This document shows, piece after piece, positions 31,386 to 43,037 of a stretch of 52,334 nucleotides of DNA. The notes below the pieces were generated by a model. That model saw only the letters and a program-made list of their open reading frames with translations, was not told the DNA's origin and searched no databases. The position numbers and the translations under genes were made by a program. Origin of the DNA: Micromonosporaceae bacterium (GTDB taxonomy: Bacteria; Actinomycetota; Actinomycetes; Mycobacteriales; Micromonosporaceae); contig WHSM01000001.1 in NCBI GenBank assembly GCA_009380105.1, positions 1 to 52,334 of the forward strand, written 5' to 3'. Within the stretch, counting starts at the first letter, position 1, and every line of letters starts with the position of its first letter.

Positions 31386-32563
31386 CAGGGACAGCGACCG
31401 AGGCGCTGGCGCCGGTGCGGGTCGACGTGGTGGACGCCGAGGGCGAGCCTGCCGGCACGGTCTCCGTGCCGGGCGAGATCTTCGACGCCCAGGCGAACAT
31501 CCCGTTGATGCACCAGGTGGTGGTGGCCCAGCTGGCCGCCGCACGCCAGGGCACCCACAAGACCAAGACCCGCGGCGAGGTCGCCGGCGGCGGCAAGAAG
31601 CCGTACCGCCAGAAGGGCACCGGCCGCGCCCGTCAGGGCTCGATCCGCGCGCCGCAGTTCGCCGGCGGCGGCGTGGTCCACGGCCCTGTGCCGCGCGACC
31701 ACAGCAAGAAGGTGCCGAAGAAGATGAAGGCGGCCGCCCTGCGCGGCGCCCTCTCCGACCGGGCGCGCGACGGCAGGATCCACGTGGTCTCCGCGTTGGT
31801 CGACGGTGAGACCCCGTCGACGAAGCAGGCCATCGCGGCGCTCACGGCCCTCGTGGAGACCCGGCGCGCGCTGGTGGTGCTGGACCGCGAGGACGAGCTC
31901 AACTGGAAGAGCCTCCGCAACGTGCCGACGGTGCACCTGATCACCGCGGACCAACTGAACACGTACGACGTGCTCGTCAACGACGACCTCGTGTTCACCA
32001 CGGCGGGGCTGCGGGCCTTCCTCGGTGCCGAGCTGGAGATCACTGAGGCCAAGCCGAAGAAGAAGGCCGTCGCCAAGAAGGCCGGGAAGGCGGACGAGGC
32101 CAAGAAGGCTGACAAGGCTGACAAGGCCAAGGACAAGGCCGAGAAGGCCACGTCGGACAAGGCTCAGAAGGCAGCGCCCAAGAAGGTCGAGAAGGCGGCG
32201 CCGAAGAAGGCCGAGAAGGCGGTGCCGAAGAAGGCCGCCAAGGCGGACTCCGAGGCGCCTGCTGACGAGGCCAAGCCGGCCAAGAAGGCCGCCGCGAAGA
32301 AGAGCGGCGCCAAGAAGGCCGCGGCGAAGGTCGAGGCGGAGCTCGGGCCGTACTCGGGATCTGTGATCCCGCCGCCGGACGGCTCCGTGCCTGACGGTTA
32401 CCCGATCAAGGGCAACGAGCAGTCGGGGCTCTACCACGAGCCGGGCAGCCGTCACTACAAGCAGACCAAGGCCGAGTTCTACTTCGCCACGGTCGATGAC
32501 GCCAAGGCGGCCGGCTTCAACGCGCCTGGCGCCAAGGACGACGGCGAGGAGGGTGAGAAATGA
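31382..32563 (+). CDS. rplD: 50S ribosomal protein uL4 with ~175-aa C-terminal extension (Lys/Ala-rich linker plus terminal module)
   Basis: ATGA overlap with rplC. uL4 core includes [25 protein letters not shown] and ends near residue 215. The frame continues to residue 393. The rplW ATG overlaps the stop. Confidence 0.9.
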   Translation: MTGTATEALAPVRVDVVDAEGEPAGTVSVPGEIFDAQANIPLMHQVVVAQLAAARQGTHKTKTRGEVAGGGKKPYRQKGTGRARQGSIRAPQFAGGGVVHGPVPRDHSKKVPKKMKAAALRGALSDRARDGRIHVVSALVDGETPSTKQAIAALTALVETRRALVVLDREDELNWKSLRNVPTVHLITADQLNTYDVLVNDDLVFTTAGLRAFLGAELEITEAKPKKKAVAKKAGKADEAKKADKADKAKDKAEKATSDKAQKAAPKKVEKAAPKKAEKAVPKKAAKADSEAPADEAKPAKKAAAKKSGAKKAAAKVEAELGPYSGSVIPPPDGSVPDGYPIKGNEQSGLYHEPGSRHYKQTKAEFYFATVDDAKAAGFNAPGAKDDGEEGEK

Positions 32564-32868
32564 GTGCCGTGAGCCTGACGGACCCCCGCGACATCGTCTT
32601 CCAGCCGGTGGTCTCGGAGAAGAGCTACGGCCTGCTGGACCAGAACAAGTACACGTTTCTGGTGCATCCGGACGCGAACAAGACCCAGATCAAGATTGCT
32701 ATCCAGCAGATCTTCGAGGTCCGGGTGCTGAAAGTGAACACCGCCAACCGCGAGGGCAAGCGTCGCCGTACCCGGCACGGCTGGGGAAAGCGCAAGGACA
32801 CCAAGCGGGCGATCGTGACGCTCGCCGAGGGCGACCGCATTGAAGCCTTCGGCGGACCGGTGAGCTGA
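32560..32868 (+). CDS. rplW: 50S ribosomal protein uL23
   Basis: 102 aa. [46 protein letters not shown]. Confidence 0.95.
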   Translation: MSAVSLTDPRDIVFQPVVSEKSYGLLDQNKYTFLVHPDANKTQIKIAIQQIFEVRVLKVNTANREGKRRRTRHGWGKRKDTKRAIVTLAEGDRIEAFGGPVS

Positions 32869-32885
32869 GGCGGGAGTAGAGGACA

Positions 32886-33725
<840 letters not shown>

Positions 33726-33743
33726 GTGGGGAGATAGCGTCAA

Positions 33744-34025
33744 ATGCCTCGCAGCCTGAAGAAAGGCCCATTCGTCGACGACCACCTCGTCAAGAAGGTG
33801 GATATGCAGAACGAAAAGGGCACTAAGAACGTGATCAAGACCTGGTCGCGGCGGTCCACGATCATCCCGGACATGATCGGCCAAACGATCGCCGTGCACG
33901 ACGGGCGCAAGCACGTGCCGGTCTTCGTCACCGACGCGATGGTCGGGCACAAGCTCGGCGAGTTCGCCCCGACCAGGACATTTCGGGGCCACGAGAAAGA
34001 CGACCGTAAGAGCCGCCGGCGCTGA
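33744..34025 (+). CDS. rpsS: 30S ribosomal protein uS19
   Basis: 93 aa. [15 protein letters not shown]...[33 protein letters not shown]. Confidence 0.97.
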   Translation: MPRSLKKGPFVDDHLVKKVDMQNEKGTKNVIKTWSRRSTIIPDMIGQTIAVHDGRKHVPVFVTDAMVGHKLGEFAPTRTFRGHEKDDRKSRRR

Positions 34026-34115
34026 TCGCGCCGAACGGCTCGGCGGTCGCCCTCCGGGGCGGCCGGGGACCGCAACGCGACGTACGTACGGATAGAAAGA
34101 GCAAGGGGACTCCCG

Positions 34116-34628
34116 ATGCCAACTACGGGTGGCGCGCCAACGCTACCGGGCGCCAGAGCGGTGGCGCGCTTCGTGCGCGTAACGCCGATGAAGGCGCGCC
34201 GTGTGGTCAACCTCATCCGCGGGCTTCCCGCGCAGGAGGCGCTGACGGTGCTGCAGTTCGCGCCCCAGGCCGCGAGCGAGCCGGTCTACAAGGTGCTCGC
34301 CAGCGCGATGGCCAACGCGGAGAACAACGAGTCGCTGGACCCGGACTCGCTCCTGGTCAGCGAGGCGTACGTCGACGAGGGGCCGACGTTCAAGCGGTTC
34401 CGGCCGCGGGCCCAGGGTCGGGCGTACCGGATCCGTAAGCGGACCAGCCACATCACGGTCGTGGTGGAGAGCGTCCAGGCGGCGGCTCCGGCGCGGAAGG
34501 CGGCCAAGGCGGCGAAGGCGGCCAAGGCCGCGAGCAAGCCGAAGGCCGCCGAGGTGAGCAAGGCGTCCTCGGCGACGGCTGAGGAGACGACCGCGGCCGA
34601 GAGCACCACGAAGGAGAGTGCCGAGTAA
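34116..34628 (+). CDS. rplV: 50S ribosomal protein uL22 (Lys/Ala-rich C-terminal tail)
   Basis: 170 aa. [24 protein letters not shown]...[30 protein letters not shown], then [18 protein letters not shown]... Confidence 0.94.
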   Translation: MPTTGGAPTLPGARAVARFVRVTPMKARRVVNLIRGLPAQEALTVLQFAPQAASEPVYKVLASAMANAENNESLDPDSLLVSEAYVDEGPTFKRFRPRAQGRAYRIRKRTSHITVVVESVQAAAPARKAAKAAKAAKAASKPKAAEVSKASSATAEETTAAESTTKESAE

Positions 34629-35482
34629 TGGGTCAGAAAGTTCACCCACACGGCTTCAGGCTCGGCATCAGCGCCGATTGGAAGTCCCGCTGGTACGCCG
34701 ACAAGCTGTACAAGGACTACGTCGCCGAGGACGTCAAGATCCGCAAGATGATGTCCCACGGCCTGGAGCGCGCGGGCATCTCCAAGGTGGACATCGAGCG
34801 CACCCGCGACCGGGTGCGGGTCGACATCCACACCGCGCGGCCTGGCATCGTGATCGGCCGCAAGGGCGCCGAGGCGGACCGCATCCGCGGGCAGCTCGAG
34901 AAGCTCACCGGCAAGCAGATCCAGCTGAACATCCTCGAGGTGAAGAACCCCGAGTCGGACGCGCAGCTGGTCGCCCAGGGCATCGCCGAGCAGCTCGCCA
35001 GCCGGGTCAACTTCCGGCGGGCCATGCGTAAGGCGATCCAGTCGGCGATGAAGAACCCGCTGGTCAAGGGCATCCGGGCGCAGTGCTCCGGGCGACTGGG
35101 CGGCGCCGAGATGTCCCGCTCGGAGTTCTACCGCGAGGGTCGTGTGCCGCTGCACACGCTGCGGGCGAACATCGACTACGGCTTCTTCGAGGCGCGCACC
35201 ACCTTCGGCCGGATCGGCGTGAAGGTGTGGATCTACAAGGGTGAAGTGATCCCGGGCCGGGAGCAGCCGGCCGTCGAGACCGAGCGGCGGCCTCGCCGTG
35301 AGCGGCCGCGTCGTGGGCGTTCCGGCGCCGCCGGCACCACGGCGGGCGGCACCGACGCCGGACGCGCCGCGGCGGCCGAGCGGACGGGCAGGAGCCCCAA
35401 GGGCGCTGCTCCGGAGACCGCCGAGCCGACCCCAGAAGCCAGCGCCGCCGAGACTGCTCCGGCCGCGACGACGGAGGGCTAA
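34628..35482 (+). CDS. rpsC: 30S ribosomal protein uS3 (Arg/Ala/Glu-rich C-terminal tail)
   Basis: 284 aa. [14 protein letters not shown]...KH domain...[31 protein letters not shown]. Confidence 0.95.
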   Translation: MGQKVHPHGFRLGISADWKSRWYADKLYKDYVAEDVKIRKMMSHGLERAGISKVDIERTRDRVRVDIHTARPGIVIGRKGAEADRIRGQLEKLTGKQIQLNILEVKNPESDAQLVAQGIAEQLASRVNFRRAMRKAIQSAMKNPLVKGIRAQCSGRLGGAEMSRSEFYREGRVPLHTLRANIDYGFFEARTTFGRIGVKVWIYKGEVIPGREQPAVETERRPRRERPRRGRSGAAGTTAGGTDAGRAAAAERTGRSPKGAAPETAEPTPEASAAETAPAATTEG

Positions 35483-35486
35483 GCAG

Positions 35487-35912
35487 ATGTTGATGCCACG
35501 TAAGCCCCCGAAGGGCTTCCGCAAGCCTCACTCGCCGAAGCGGCGCGGTCAGGCCAAAGGCGGTGTGCGCGTGACCTTTGGTGAGTACGGGATTCAGGCT
35601 CTCGAGCACTCGTACGTCACCAACCGGCAGATCGAGGCCGCACGTATCGCCATGACCCGGCACATCAAGCGTGGCGGCAAGGTGTGGATCACGATCTTCC
35701 CGGATCAGGCGCTGACCAAGAAGCCCGCCGAGACCCGGATGGGTTCCGGCAAGGGCACCCCGGAGTGGTGGGTGGCGAACGTCAAGCCCGGACGCGTGAT
35801 GTTCGAGCTGTCCTACCCCAGCGAGACGACCGCCCGCGAGGCGCTGACTCGCGCGATCCACAAGCTCCCTATGAAGTGCCGCATTGTCAAGCGTGAAGTG
35901 GGTGAAGCCTGA
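35487..35912 (+). CDS. rplP: 50S ribosomal protein uL16
   Basis: 141 aa from ATG 35487. [15 protein letters not shown]...[25 protein letters not shown]. The longer ORF from 35298 lies inside rpsC and is rejected. Confidence 0.94.
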   Translation: MLMPRKPPKGFRKPHSPKRRGQAKGGVRVTFGEYGIQALEHSYVTNRQIEAARIAMTRHIKRGGKVWITIFPDQALTKKPAETRMGSGKGTPEWWVANVKPGRVMFELSYPSETTAREALTRAIHKLPMKCRIVKREVGEA

Positions 35913-36142
35913 TGGCAGCGGGCACAACCGCCACTGAGCTGCGGGAACTCACTGAGGATGAGCTGGCTACCCGGCTGAAGGAAGCCAAGGCGGAGCTGTT
36001 CAACCTCAGGGTTCAGGCGGCGACCGGGCAGATGGACAACAACCGGCGGCTGCAGGTGGTGCGCCGGGAGATCGCCCGGATTTACACGATCATGCGCGAG
36101 CGTGAGCTTGGGCTCTCTGCCGCGCCGAGTGAGGTTGCCTAA
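35912..36142 (+). CDS. rpmC: 50S ribosomal protein uL29
   Basis: 76 aa. [49 protein letters not shown]. The ATG overlaps the rplP stop. Confidence 0.94.
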   Translation: MAAGTTATELRELTEDELATRLKEAKAELFNLRVQAATGQMDNNRRLQVVRREIARIYTIMRERELGLSAAPSEVA

Positions 36143-36417
36143 TGACCGAGCAGACACAGACGCAGCCGCGTGGCCGCCGCAAGGTGCGGGAGGGCTACGT
36201 GACCAGCGACAAGATGGAGAAGACCGTCGTGGTCGAGGTCGAGGACCGCGTCAAGCACTCGCTGTACGGCAAGGTCATGCGCCGTACCAGAAAGTTGAAG
36301 GCGCATGACGAGAGCAACCAGTGCGGCACCGGCGACCGCGTGCTCCTGATGGAGACGCGGCCACTGTCGGCCACCAAGCGCTGGCGGGTCGTCGAGATCC
36401 TCGAGAAGGCCAAGTAA
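36142..36417 (+). CDS. rpsQ: 30S ribosomal protein uS17
   Basis: 91 aa. [45 protein letters not shown]. The ATG overlaps the rpmC stop. Confidence 0.95.
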   Translation: MTEQTQTQPRGRRKVREGYVTSDKMEKTVVVEVEDRVKHSLYGKVMRRTRKLKAHDESNQCGTGDRVLLMETRPLSATKRWRVVEILEKAK

Positions 36418-36496
36418 CCCAGAAAAGGTCGAGTAACCCACTAGTTCCGCCAGGCTCAGCCGCAGGCTGAGAACCGGCAGACACACAGGAGTTGAC

Positions 36497-36868
36497 GTGA
36501 TCCAGCAGGAGTCGCGACTGCGCGTCGCCGACAACACGGGTGCGAGGGAGATCCTCTGCATCCGGGTGCTCGGCGGCTCGGGTCGGCGCTACGCGAGCAT
36601 TGGCGACGTCATCGTGGCCACTGTCAAAGACGCCATCCCCGGCGCGGGCGTGAAGAAGGGCGACGTCGTCCGGGCGGTCGTGGTGCGCGTCGCCAAGGAG
36701 CGGCGGCGTCCGGATGGCTCGTACATCCGGTTCGACGAGAACGCGGCCGTGATCCTCCGGGAGGGCAGCGGAGAGCCTCGCGGCACCCGCATCTTCGGCC
36801 CGGTGGGCCGGGAGCTCCGGGACAAGCGCTTCATGAAGATCATCTCGCTGGCCCCGGAGGTGCTGTAG
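36497..36868 (+). CDS. rplN: 50S ribosomal protein uL14
   Basis: [46 protein letters not shown]... GTG start, 79 nt after rpsQ (S10/spc operon boundary). Confidence 0.96.
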   Translation: MIQQESRLRVADNTGAREILCIRVLGGSGRRYASIGDVIVATVKDAIPGAGVKKGDVVRAVVVRVAKERRRPDGSYIRFDENAAVILREGSGEPRGTRIFGPVGRELRDKRFMKIISLAPEVL

Positions 36869-36950
36869 TCGTGAGTGAGCGTCAGCGAGCGAACCATCGA
36901 GCACAGCAGGACCCGCTTCGCGGCGGCTCCGACCGAAGGGAGGAGGCGGC

Positions 36951-37265
36951 GTGAAGGTGAAGAAGGGCGACACGGTGCTCGTCGTCGCCGGCAAGGACAA
37001 GGGAGCCAGGGGCAAGGTGATCGCCGCGTACCCGAAGCTCGACAAGGTTCTGGTCGAAGGCGTGAACCGGGTCAAGAAGCACACCCGCATCCAGACCAAC
37101 CAGCGCGGATCCAAGAGCGGCGGCATCATCACGCAGGAGGCGCCGGTTCACGTGAGCAACGTGATGGTGCTCGATGCCGACAACAAGCCCACCAGGGTCG
37201 GTTACCGCAAGGACGAGGACGGTCGTCCGGTCCGCGTGTCCCGCCGTAGCGGTAAGGATCTGTGA
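36951..37265 (+). CDS. rplX: 50S ribosomal protein uL24
   Basis: 104 aa. [47 protein letters not shown] start with GGGAGGAGG RBS. Confidence 0.95.
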   Translation: MKVKKGDTVLVVAGKDKGARGKVIAAYPKLDKVLVEGVNRVKKHTRIQTNQRGSKSGGIITQEAPVHVSNVMVLDADNKPTRVGYRKDEDGRPVRVSRRSGKDL

Positions 37266-37837
37266 TCATGACGGCGACAACAGAGCAGAAGGCGACCCCA
37301 CGGCTCAAGCAGCGGTACCGCGAGGAGATCGTGGGCAAGCTGCGGGAGCGGTTCGAGTACGCCAACCCGATGCAGGTTCCCGGCCTGGTCAAGATCGTGG
37401 TCAACATGGGTGTCGGCGACGCCGCCAAGGACTCCAAGCTGATCGACGGCGCGGTGCGGGACCTGACCACGATCACCGGCCAGAAGCCGCTGGTCCGCCG
37501 TGCGAAGAGGTCGATCGCGCAGTTCAAGCTGCGCGAGGGCATGCCGATCGGCGCCAAGGCCACCCTCCGGGGCGACCGGATGTGGGAGTTCCTGGACCGG
37601 CTGCTGTCGATCTCGCTACCGCGGATCCGTGACTTCCGTGGCCTGTCGGACAAGCAGTTCGACGGCAACGGCAACTACACGTTCGGGCTCACCGAGCAGT
37701 CGGTGTTCCACGAGATCGACCAGGACAAGATCGACCGGGTTCGCGGCATGGACATCACTGTGGTGACGTCCGCCAAGACCGACGAGGAAGGACGGGCGCT
37801 ACTCAAGCTCCTGGGCTTCCCGTACAAGGAGAGCTGA
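37262..37837 (+). CDS. rplE: 50S ribosomal protein uL5
   Basis: [47 protein letters not shown]. Start is GTG 37262 (overlaps the rplX stop) or ATG 37268. Confidence 0.95.
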   Translation: MIMTATTEQKATPRLKQRYREEIVGKLRERFEYANPMQVPGLVKIVVNMGVGDAAKDSKLIDGAVRDLTTITGQKPLVRRAKRSIAQFKLREGMPIGAKATLRGDRMWEFLDRLLSISLPRIRDFRGLSDKQFDGNGNYTFGLTEQSVFHEIDQDKIDRVRGMDITVVTSAKTDEEGRALLKLLGFPYKES

Positions 37838-37840
37838 GTA

Positions 37841-38026
37841 ATGGCGAAGAAGGCGCTGGTTCACAAGGCGCAGCAGAAGCCGAAGTTCTCGACGCGTGCG
37901 TACACTCGCTGCCAGCGCTGTGGGCGTCCGAAAGCGGTGTACCGCAAGTTCGGGCTCTGCCGGATCTGCATTCGCGAGATGGCGCACCGCGGAGAGCTTC
38001 CAGGTGTGTGGAAAGCCTCGTGGTGA
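37841..38026 (+). CDS. rpsN: 30S ribosomal protein uS14, short zinc-binding (type Z) form
   Basis: 61 aa. [20 protein letters not shown] gives CxxC...CxxC. Ends ...LPGVWKASW. Confidence 0.95.
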   Translation: MAKKALVHKAQQKPKFSTRAYTRCQRCGRPKAVYRKFGLCRICIREMAHRGELPGVWKASW

Positions 38027-38111
38027 CCACTACGCCGCTTGAAGATCAACAACTTCGCCGTAGGCCACGCGGACTGCGCGGAACCGCGGTGAGAGAGGCA
38101 CAGAGTCGACC

Positions 38112-38519
38112 ATGACCATGACCGACCCGATCGCAGACATGCTGACGCGTCTGCGTAACGCCAACCAGGCGTACCACGACGAGGTCGTGATGCCCTACTC
38201 GAAGATCAAGGCGAACATCGCCGAGGTCCTCAAGCAGGAGGGTTACATCACGGCCTGGCAGGTCCGGGAGCCCGAGGCCGACGCCGTCGGCAGGTCGCTC
38301 GCGGTGGAGCTGAAGTTCGGCCCGAACCGCGAGCGCAGCCTCGCTGGCCTGCGCCGGGTGTCCAAGCCCGGCCTGCGCGTGTACGCCAAGTCGACCGAGC
38401 TGCCTCGAGTGCTCGGTGGACTGGGTGTGGCGATCGTTTCCACGTCCCAGGGGCTGCTCACCGACCGGCAGGCTCGCAAGCGAGGGGTGGGCGGGGAAGT
38501 CCTCGCCTTCATCTGGTGA
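38112..38519 (+). CDS. rpsH: 30S ribosomal protein uS8
   Basis: 135 aa. [44 protein letters not shown]...GGEVLAFIW. Confidence 0.96.
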   Translation: MTMTDPIADMLTRLRNANQAYHDEVVMPYSKIKANIAEVLKQEGYITAWQVREPEADAVGRSLAVELKFGPNRERSLAGLRRVSKPGLRVYAKSTELPRVLGGLGVAIVSTSQGLLTDRQARKRGVGGEVLAFIW

Positions 38520-38535
38520 GAGGAGCCGCGTAACC

Positions 38536-39075
38536 ATGTCTCGAATTGGTCGCAAGCCGATCACCGTCCCCGCCGGCGTCGATGTCGCCATCGACGGCCC
38601 CACCGTCACGGTGAAGGGCCCCAAGGGCGAGCTGTCGCACACGCTGGCCGAGCCGATCACGGTGGATCGCGCGGAAGACGGCGTGCTGCACGTCAAGCGC
38701 CCCGACGACGAGCGGCGCTCGCGGGCGCTGCACGGCCTGTCCCGCACCCTCATCAACAACATGGTGGTCGGTGTGTCGGAGGGGTACTCGCGCACGCTGG
38801 AGATCCACGGCACCGGTTACCGGGTGCAGGCGAAGGGCACGGACCTGGAGTTCGCGCTCGGGTTCTCGCACCCTGTGGTGGTCTCGCCACCAGAGGGCGT
38901 GACGTTCCGGGTGGAGCGGCCCACGCAGCTCGTGGTCGAGGGCATCGACAAGCAGCAGGTCGGTGAGGTCGCCGCGAACATCCGTAAGATCCGCCCGCCG
39001 GAGCCGTACAAGGGCAAAGGCGTGCGGTACCAGGACGAGCACGTCCGCCGCAAGGCAGGAAAGGCAGGTAAGTGA
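38536..39075 (+). CDS. rplF: 50S ribosomal protein uL6
   Basis: 179 aa from ATG 38536. [33 protein letters not shown]...[11 protein letters not shown]. Confidence 0.95.
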   Translation: MSRIGRKPITVPAGVDVAIDGPTVTVKGPKGELSHTLAEPITVDRAEDGVLHVKRPDDERRSRALHGLSRTLINNMVVGVSEGYSRTLEIHGTGYRVQAKGTDLEFALGFSHPVVVSPPEGVTFRVERPTQLVVEGIDKQQVGEVAANIRKIRPPEPYKGKGVRYQDEHVRRKAGKAGK

Positions 39076-39470
39076 TGACGGCACAGCTGCTACGCCGCCG
39101 CGCGTCGGGCGGGGTCAGCGCCCAGCGCCGGATCGGGCGTGCCCGTCGCCACTTCCGGGTCCGCAAGGCGGTCTTCGGCACCGCGGAGCGTCCGAGGCTG
39201 GTGGTGACCCGCTCGCTGCGGCACATCACCGCGCAGGTCGTCGACGACACCAAGGGCCACACGCTGGCCTCGGCGTCGACCCTGGACGGGGCGGTCCGCG
39301 GCGGCGACGGCGGAAAGAGCGCGCTGGCGCGCAAGGTCGGCGAGCTGGTCGCCGAGCGGGCCAAGGCCGCCGGTGTCACCGCAGTGGTCTTCGACCGCGG
39401 CGGAAACCGCTACCACGGTCGGATCGCGGCGCTCGCTGACGCGGCGCGCGAGAGCGGCCTGAAGTTCTGA
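39072..39470 (+). CDS. rplR: 50S ribosomal protein uL18
   Basis: [35 protein letters not shown]...[28 protein letters not shown]. Start is GTG 39072 or ATG 39075. Confidence 0.94.
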   Translation: MMTAQLLRRRASGGVSAQRRIGRARRHFRVRKAVFGTAERPRLVVTRSLRHITAQVVDDTKGHTLASASTLDGAVRGGDGGKSALARKVGELVAERAKAAGVTAVVFDRGGNRYHGRIAALADAARESGLKF

Positions 39471-39507
39471 TGAAGTTCGGCAAGCCAGGGAGAGAGGTAA
39501 GCGCCTG

Positions 39508-40116
39508 ATGGCAGGTCCGCAGCGCCGTGGCGGGTCCGGCGGCTCCGAAGGGGGTCGTCGCGATCGCCGTGATGGCGGCCGCGGCGGCGCGGCCGCGGAG
39601 AAGACGCCACACCTCGAGCGCGTCGTCACAATCAATCGCGTCGCCAAGGTAGTCAAGGGCGGCCGCCGGTTCAGCTTCACCGCGCTGGTCGTGGTGGGCG
39701 ACGGCGAAGGCACCGTGGGAGTCGGCTACGGCAAGGCCAAGGAGGTGCCCGCGGCGATCGCCAAGGGCGTCGAAGAGGCCAAGAAGCACTTCTTCAAGGT
39801 GCCGCGCATCGCCTCGACGATCACCCACCCGGTGATCGGCGAGGACGCGGCCGGCGTGGTGCTCCTCAAGCCGGCCAGCCCCGGTACCGGTGTGATCGCC
39901 GGTGGTCCGGTGCGCGCCGTGCTGGAGTGCGCCGGCATCCACGACGTGCTCTCCAAGAGCCTCGGCTCCTCCAACCCGATCAACATCGTGCACGCCACTG
40001 TGGCGGCGCTGAAGTCCCTCGAGACGCCGGAGCAGGTGGCGGTGCGCCGCGGTCTGCCGGTGGAGGACGTCGCGCCGGCCGCCATGCTCCGGGCGCGCGC
40101 AGAGGCGGGGGCATGA
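39508..40116 (+). CDS. rpsE: 30S ribosomal protein uS5 (Gly/Arg-rich N-terminal extension)
   Basis: 202 aa. [48 protein letters not shown]. Confidence 0.95.
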   Translation: MAGPQRRGGSGGSEGGRRDRRDGGRGGAAAEKTPHLERVVTINRVAKVVKGGRRFSFTALVVVGDGEGTVGVGYGKAKEVPAAIAKGVEEAKKHFFKVPRIASTITHPVIGEDAAGVVLLKPASPGTGVIAGGPVRAVLECAGIHDVLSKSLGSSNPINIVHATVAALKSLETPEQVAVRRGLPVEDVAPAAMLRARAEAGA

Positions 40117-40301
40117 GGATGGTACGGCTCAAGGTCACCCAGGTTCGGTCAGTGATCGGCAGGAAGCAGAACCAGCGGGACACGCTGCGCACGCTCGGGC
40201 TGAAGCGGATCAACGACGTGGTTCTCAAGGAGGACCGCCCGGAGATCCGCGGCATGATCACGACTGTGACTCACCTCGTGAAGGTTGAGGAGGTCGAGTA
40301 G
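40113..40301 (+). CDS. rpmD: 50S ribosomal protein uL30
   Basis: (MR)[50 protein letters not shown] 40113 overlaps the rpsE stop. ATG 40119 fits the usual 60-aa length equally well. Confidence 0.9.
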   Translation: MRMVRLKVTQVRSVIGRKQNQRDTLRTLGLKRINDVVLKEDRPEIRGMITTVTHLVKVEEVE

Positions 40302-40305
40302 CTCC

Positions 40306-40761
40306 ATGGCTATCAAGATCCACCATCTCCGCCCCGCTCCCGGCGCGCACCGTGACAAGGTGCGGGTCGGCCGTGGTGAGGGCAGCAAGGGCAAGACCGC
40401 AGGGCGCGGCACGAAAGGCACCAAGGCCCGCAAGCAGGTGCCTGTCGCGTTCGAGGGTGGTCAGATGCCCATCCACATGCGGCTACCGAAGCTCAAGGGC
40501 TTCCGGAACCGGTTCCGGGTGTCGTACCAGGTGGTGAACCTGGACCGGCTCGCGGAGCTGTTCCCGGACGGCGGCGAGGTCGGTCCGCTGGAGCTGGCGC
40601 GCGCTGGCGCGGTCCGCAAGGGCCAGCCGGTGAAGGTGCTGGGCCAGGGCGATCTCGGCGGTGTCACGCTGCAGGTGACCGCCCACGCGTTCAGCGCCTC
40701 GGCCAAGGAGAAGATCGCCGCGGCCGGCGGCTCCGCGACGCTTGTCGGCGCCGACTCCTGA
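40306..40761 (+). CDS. rplO: 50S ribosomal protein uL15
   Basis: 151 aa from ATG 40306. [38 protein letters not shown]... Confidence 0.94.
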   Translation: MAIKIHHLRPAPGAHRDKVRVGRGEGSKGKTAGRGTKGTKARKQVPVAFEGGQMPIHMRLPKLKGFRNRFRVSYQVVNLDRLAELFPDGGEVGPLELARAGAVRKGQPVKVLGQGDLGGVTLQVTAHAFSASAKEKIAAAGGSATLVGADS

Positions 40762-40771
40762 TCGGCGGAAC

Positions 40772-40830
40772 GTGACATGTCCCGCCGCGGCACGGTCGAT
40801 TCCCCGGCAGGCCGCGGCGGGAGCGGTCAC
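40772..40830 (+). other. Long GC hairpin in the rplO-secY spacer
   Basis: TCCCGCCGCGGC (40780-40791) pairs perfectly with GCCGCGGCGGGA (40811-40822), 19-nt loop. The stem is extended by GTGAC (40772-40776) pairing with GTCAC (40826-40830) across a 3x3 internal loop. Confidence 0.4.
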
Positions 40831-40997
40831 AAGGTGTCATCACCTGGGTCGGCAGCGGGATACCGCCCTCGCCGATCCCGTACGAGAAGAAGTAGGCTGC
40901 GAACTCCACACGTCGCGACTGTTACAGTCGCACCCACCCTTGTCAGCTAAGTACGGCCGACCGGCCGGCACGGATCGCCACGCGCAGGAGGAAGAAA

Positions 40998-42332
40998 TTG
41001 CTCTCCGCCTTTATCAGTGCGTTCAAGACGCCTGACCTGCGCAAGAAACTGCTCTTCACCCTTCTCATCATCGCGATCTACCGGTTCGGCGCGACCCTTC
41101 CGAGTCCTGGCGTGTCGTACTCGAACGTCCAGGAGTGCCTGAAGTACATCGGTCAGGCCGACAGAGGCGGCGCTGACGTCTTCACGCTGCTGAACCTATT
41201 CTCCGGCGGCGCGCTGCTGCAGTTGTCGGTGTTCGCGCTCGGGATCATGCCGTACATCACAGCAAGCATCATCCTGCAGCTCCTCGTGGTGGTGATTCCG
41301 CGCCTGGAGCAGCTGAAGAAGGAAGGCCAGGCCGGCCAAGCCAAGATCACGCAGTACACGCGCTACCTGACCCTGGGTCTGGCCGTGCTGCAGTCCTCCG
41401 GCTTCATCGCGCTCGCCAAATCCGGCCAGTTGTTCAACAACCAGTGCCAGAAGTGGCCGATCGTTCCGGAGAGCACCCTGATGCCCGGCTGGTTGATCAC
41501 CGGTGGCCTGGTGGTCACCATGACCGCCGGCACCGGCGTCATCATGTGGCTCGGCGAGCTGATCACCGATCGCGGCGTCGGCAACGGCATGTCAGTCCTG
41601 ATCTTCACCTCGATCACGGCCCGGCTGCCTGCTGAAGGTTTGTCGATCTACCAGACCAACAAGCTGACCTTCGGCGTCATCGTGGCGATCGGCATCGTGG
41701 TGATCACGCTCGTGGTCTTCATCGAGCAGGCGCAACGCCGGGTTCCGGTGCAGTACGCCAAGCGGATGGTCGGCCGGAAGATGTACGGCGGCACGTCGAC
41801 GTACATTCCGCTGAAGGTCAACCAGGCCGGCGTCATCCCGGTCATCTTCGGCTCGTCGCTGCTCTATCTGCCGGCGTTGGCGAGTCAGCTCGCGGGCGAG
41901 GACAAGAACGCCGTGCTCACCTGGATCGACCGCAACCTGGTCCGGCCCGACAGCTGGGTGTACATCGTCACCTACTTCCTGCTGATCATCTTCTTCACCT
42001 ACTTCTACGTGGCGATCACGTTCAACCCCACGGACGTCGCCGACAACATGAAGAAATACGGGGGCTTCGTCCCCGGAATCCGTCCCGGTAAGCCAACGGC
42101 GGAGTACCTGGACTTCATCTTGAGCCGGATCACGCTGCCGGGCTCGCTCTACCTGGGCATCATCGCGATCCTGCCGAACCTGTTCATCGGGCTGGCAGGC
42201 GGCGGCCAGGTGCTGCAGAACTTCCCGTTCGGCGGCACGGCGGTGTTGATCATCGTCGGTGTGGGTCTTGAGACGGTGAAGCAGATCGAGAGCCAGCTGA
42301 TGCAGCGCAACTACGAAGGGTTCCTGCGCTAG
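40998..42332 (+). CDS. secY: Preprotein translocase subunit SecY
   Basis: 444 aa with 10 hydrophobic segments. [34 protein letters not shown] start. Confidence 0.95.
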   Translation: MLSAFISAFKTPDLRKKLLFTLLIIAIYRFGATLPSPGVSYSNVQECLKYIGQADRGGADVFTLLNLFSGGALLQLSVFALGIMPYITASIILQLLVVVIPRLEQLKKEGQAGQAKITQYTRYLTLGLAVLQSSGFIALAKSGQLFNNQCQKWPIVPESTLMPGWLITGGLVVTMTAGTGVIMWLGELITDRGVGNGMSVLIFTSITARLPAEGLSIYQTNKLTFGVIVAIGIVVITLVVFIEQAQRRVPVQYAKRMVGRKMYGGTSTYIPLKVNQAGVIPVIFGSSLLYLPALASQLAGEDKNAVLTWIDRNLVRPDSWVYIVTYFLLIIFFTYFYVAITFNPTDVADNMKKYGGFVPGIRPGKPTAEYLDFILSRITLPGSLYLGIIAILPNLFIGLAGGGQVLQNFPFGGTAVLIIVGVGLETVKQIESQLMQRNYEGFLR

Positions 42333-42381
42333 TGCGCCGCTCGCTTCGGCGGGCGGCCTCCAAGCGCAGGGAGGTGGTTGG

Positions 42382-43035
42382 ATGAGGTTGGTGCTGGTAG
42401 GCCCCCCGGGTGCGGGTAAAGGGACCCAGGCGGAGTTCATCGCTGCCCACCTAGCGGTCCCAAAGATCTCGACCGGGGATATCTTCCGGGCCAACGTCGC
42501 CTCTGGCACCCCGCTGGGCCAGCAGGCCAAGCGCTACATGGACGCTGGGCAGCTGGTGCCGGACGAGGTCACCATCGACATGGTGCGGGATCGGCTCGCC
42601 GAGGCCGACGCCGCGGACGGCTTCCTGCTCGACGGCTTTCCGCGCACAGTGCCGCAGGCGACCGCGCTGGACAAGCTGCTCGCCGACCTCGGCACCGGTC
42701 TGGACGTCGTGCTCGAGCTGGTGGTCGAGGACGACGAGGTGATCCGGCGGCTGTCCGGGCGGCGCACCTGCCGCGGCTGCGGCAAGGTCTGGCACGTCGA
42801 GTTCGACCCGCCGAACGTCGAAGAGCTCTGCGACCGTTGCGGCGGGGAGCTGTTCCAGCGCGACGACGACAAGCCGGACACGATCGCCGAGCGGCTCCGG
42901 GTGTACGGGCGCGACACCGCCCCGCTGAACCAGTACTACGGGGCCCAGGGCAAGCTCGTTGGAATCGACGCGACCGGCCCGGTGGAGGACGTCACCGAGC
43001 GCGCGATCGACGGACTCCGGTCGTACGGCGGCTGA
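42382..43035 (+). CDS. adk: Adenylate kinase
   Basis: 217 aa. [17 protein letters not shown]; the lid has CRGCGKVWH...CDRCGGEL (Zn-type). Confidence 0.95.
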   Translation: MRLVLVGPPGAGKGTQAEFIAAHLAVPKISTGDIFRANVASGTPLGQQAKRYMDAGQLVPDEVTIDMVRDRLAEADAADGFLLDGFPRTVPQATALDKLLADLGTGLDVVLELVVEDDEVIRRLSGRRTCRGCGKVWHVEFDPPNVEELCDRCGGELFQRDDDKPDTIAERLRVYGRDTAPLNQYYGAQGKLVGIDATGPVEDVTERAIDGLRSYGG

Positions 43036-43037
43036 GG

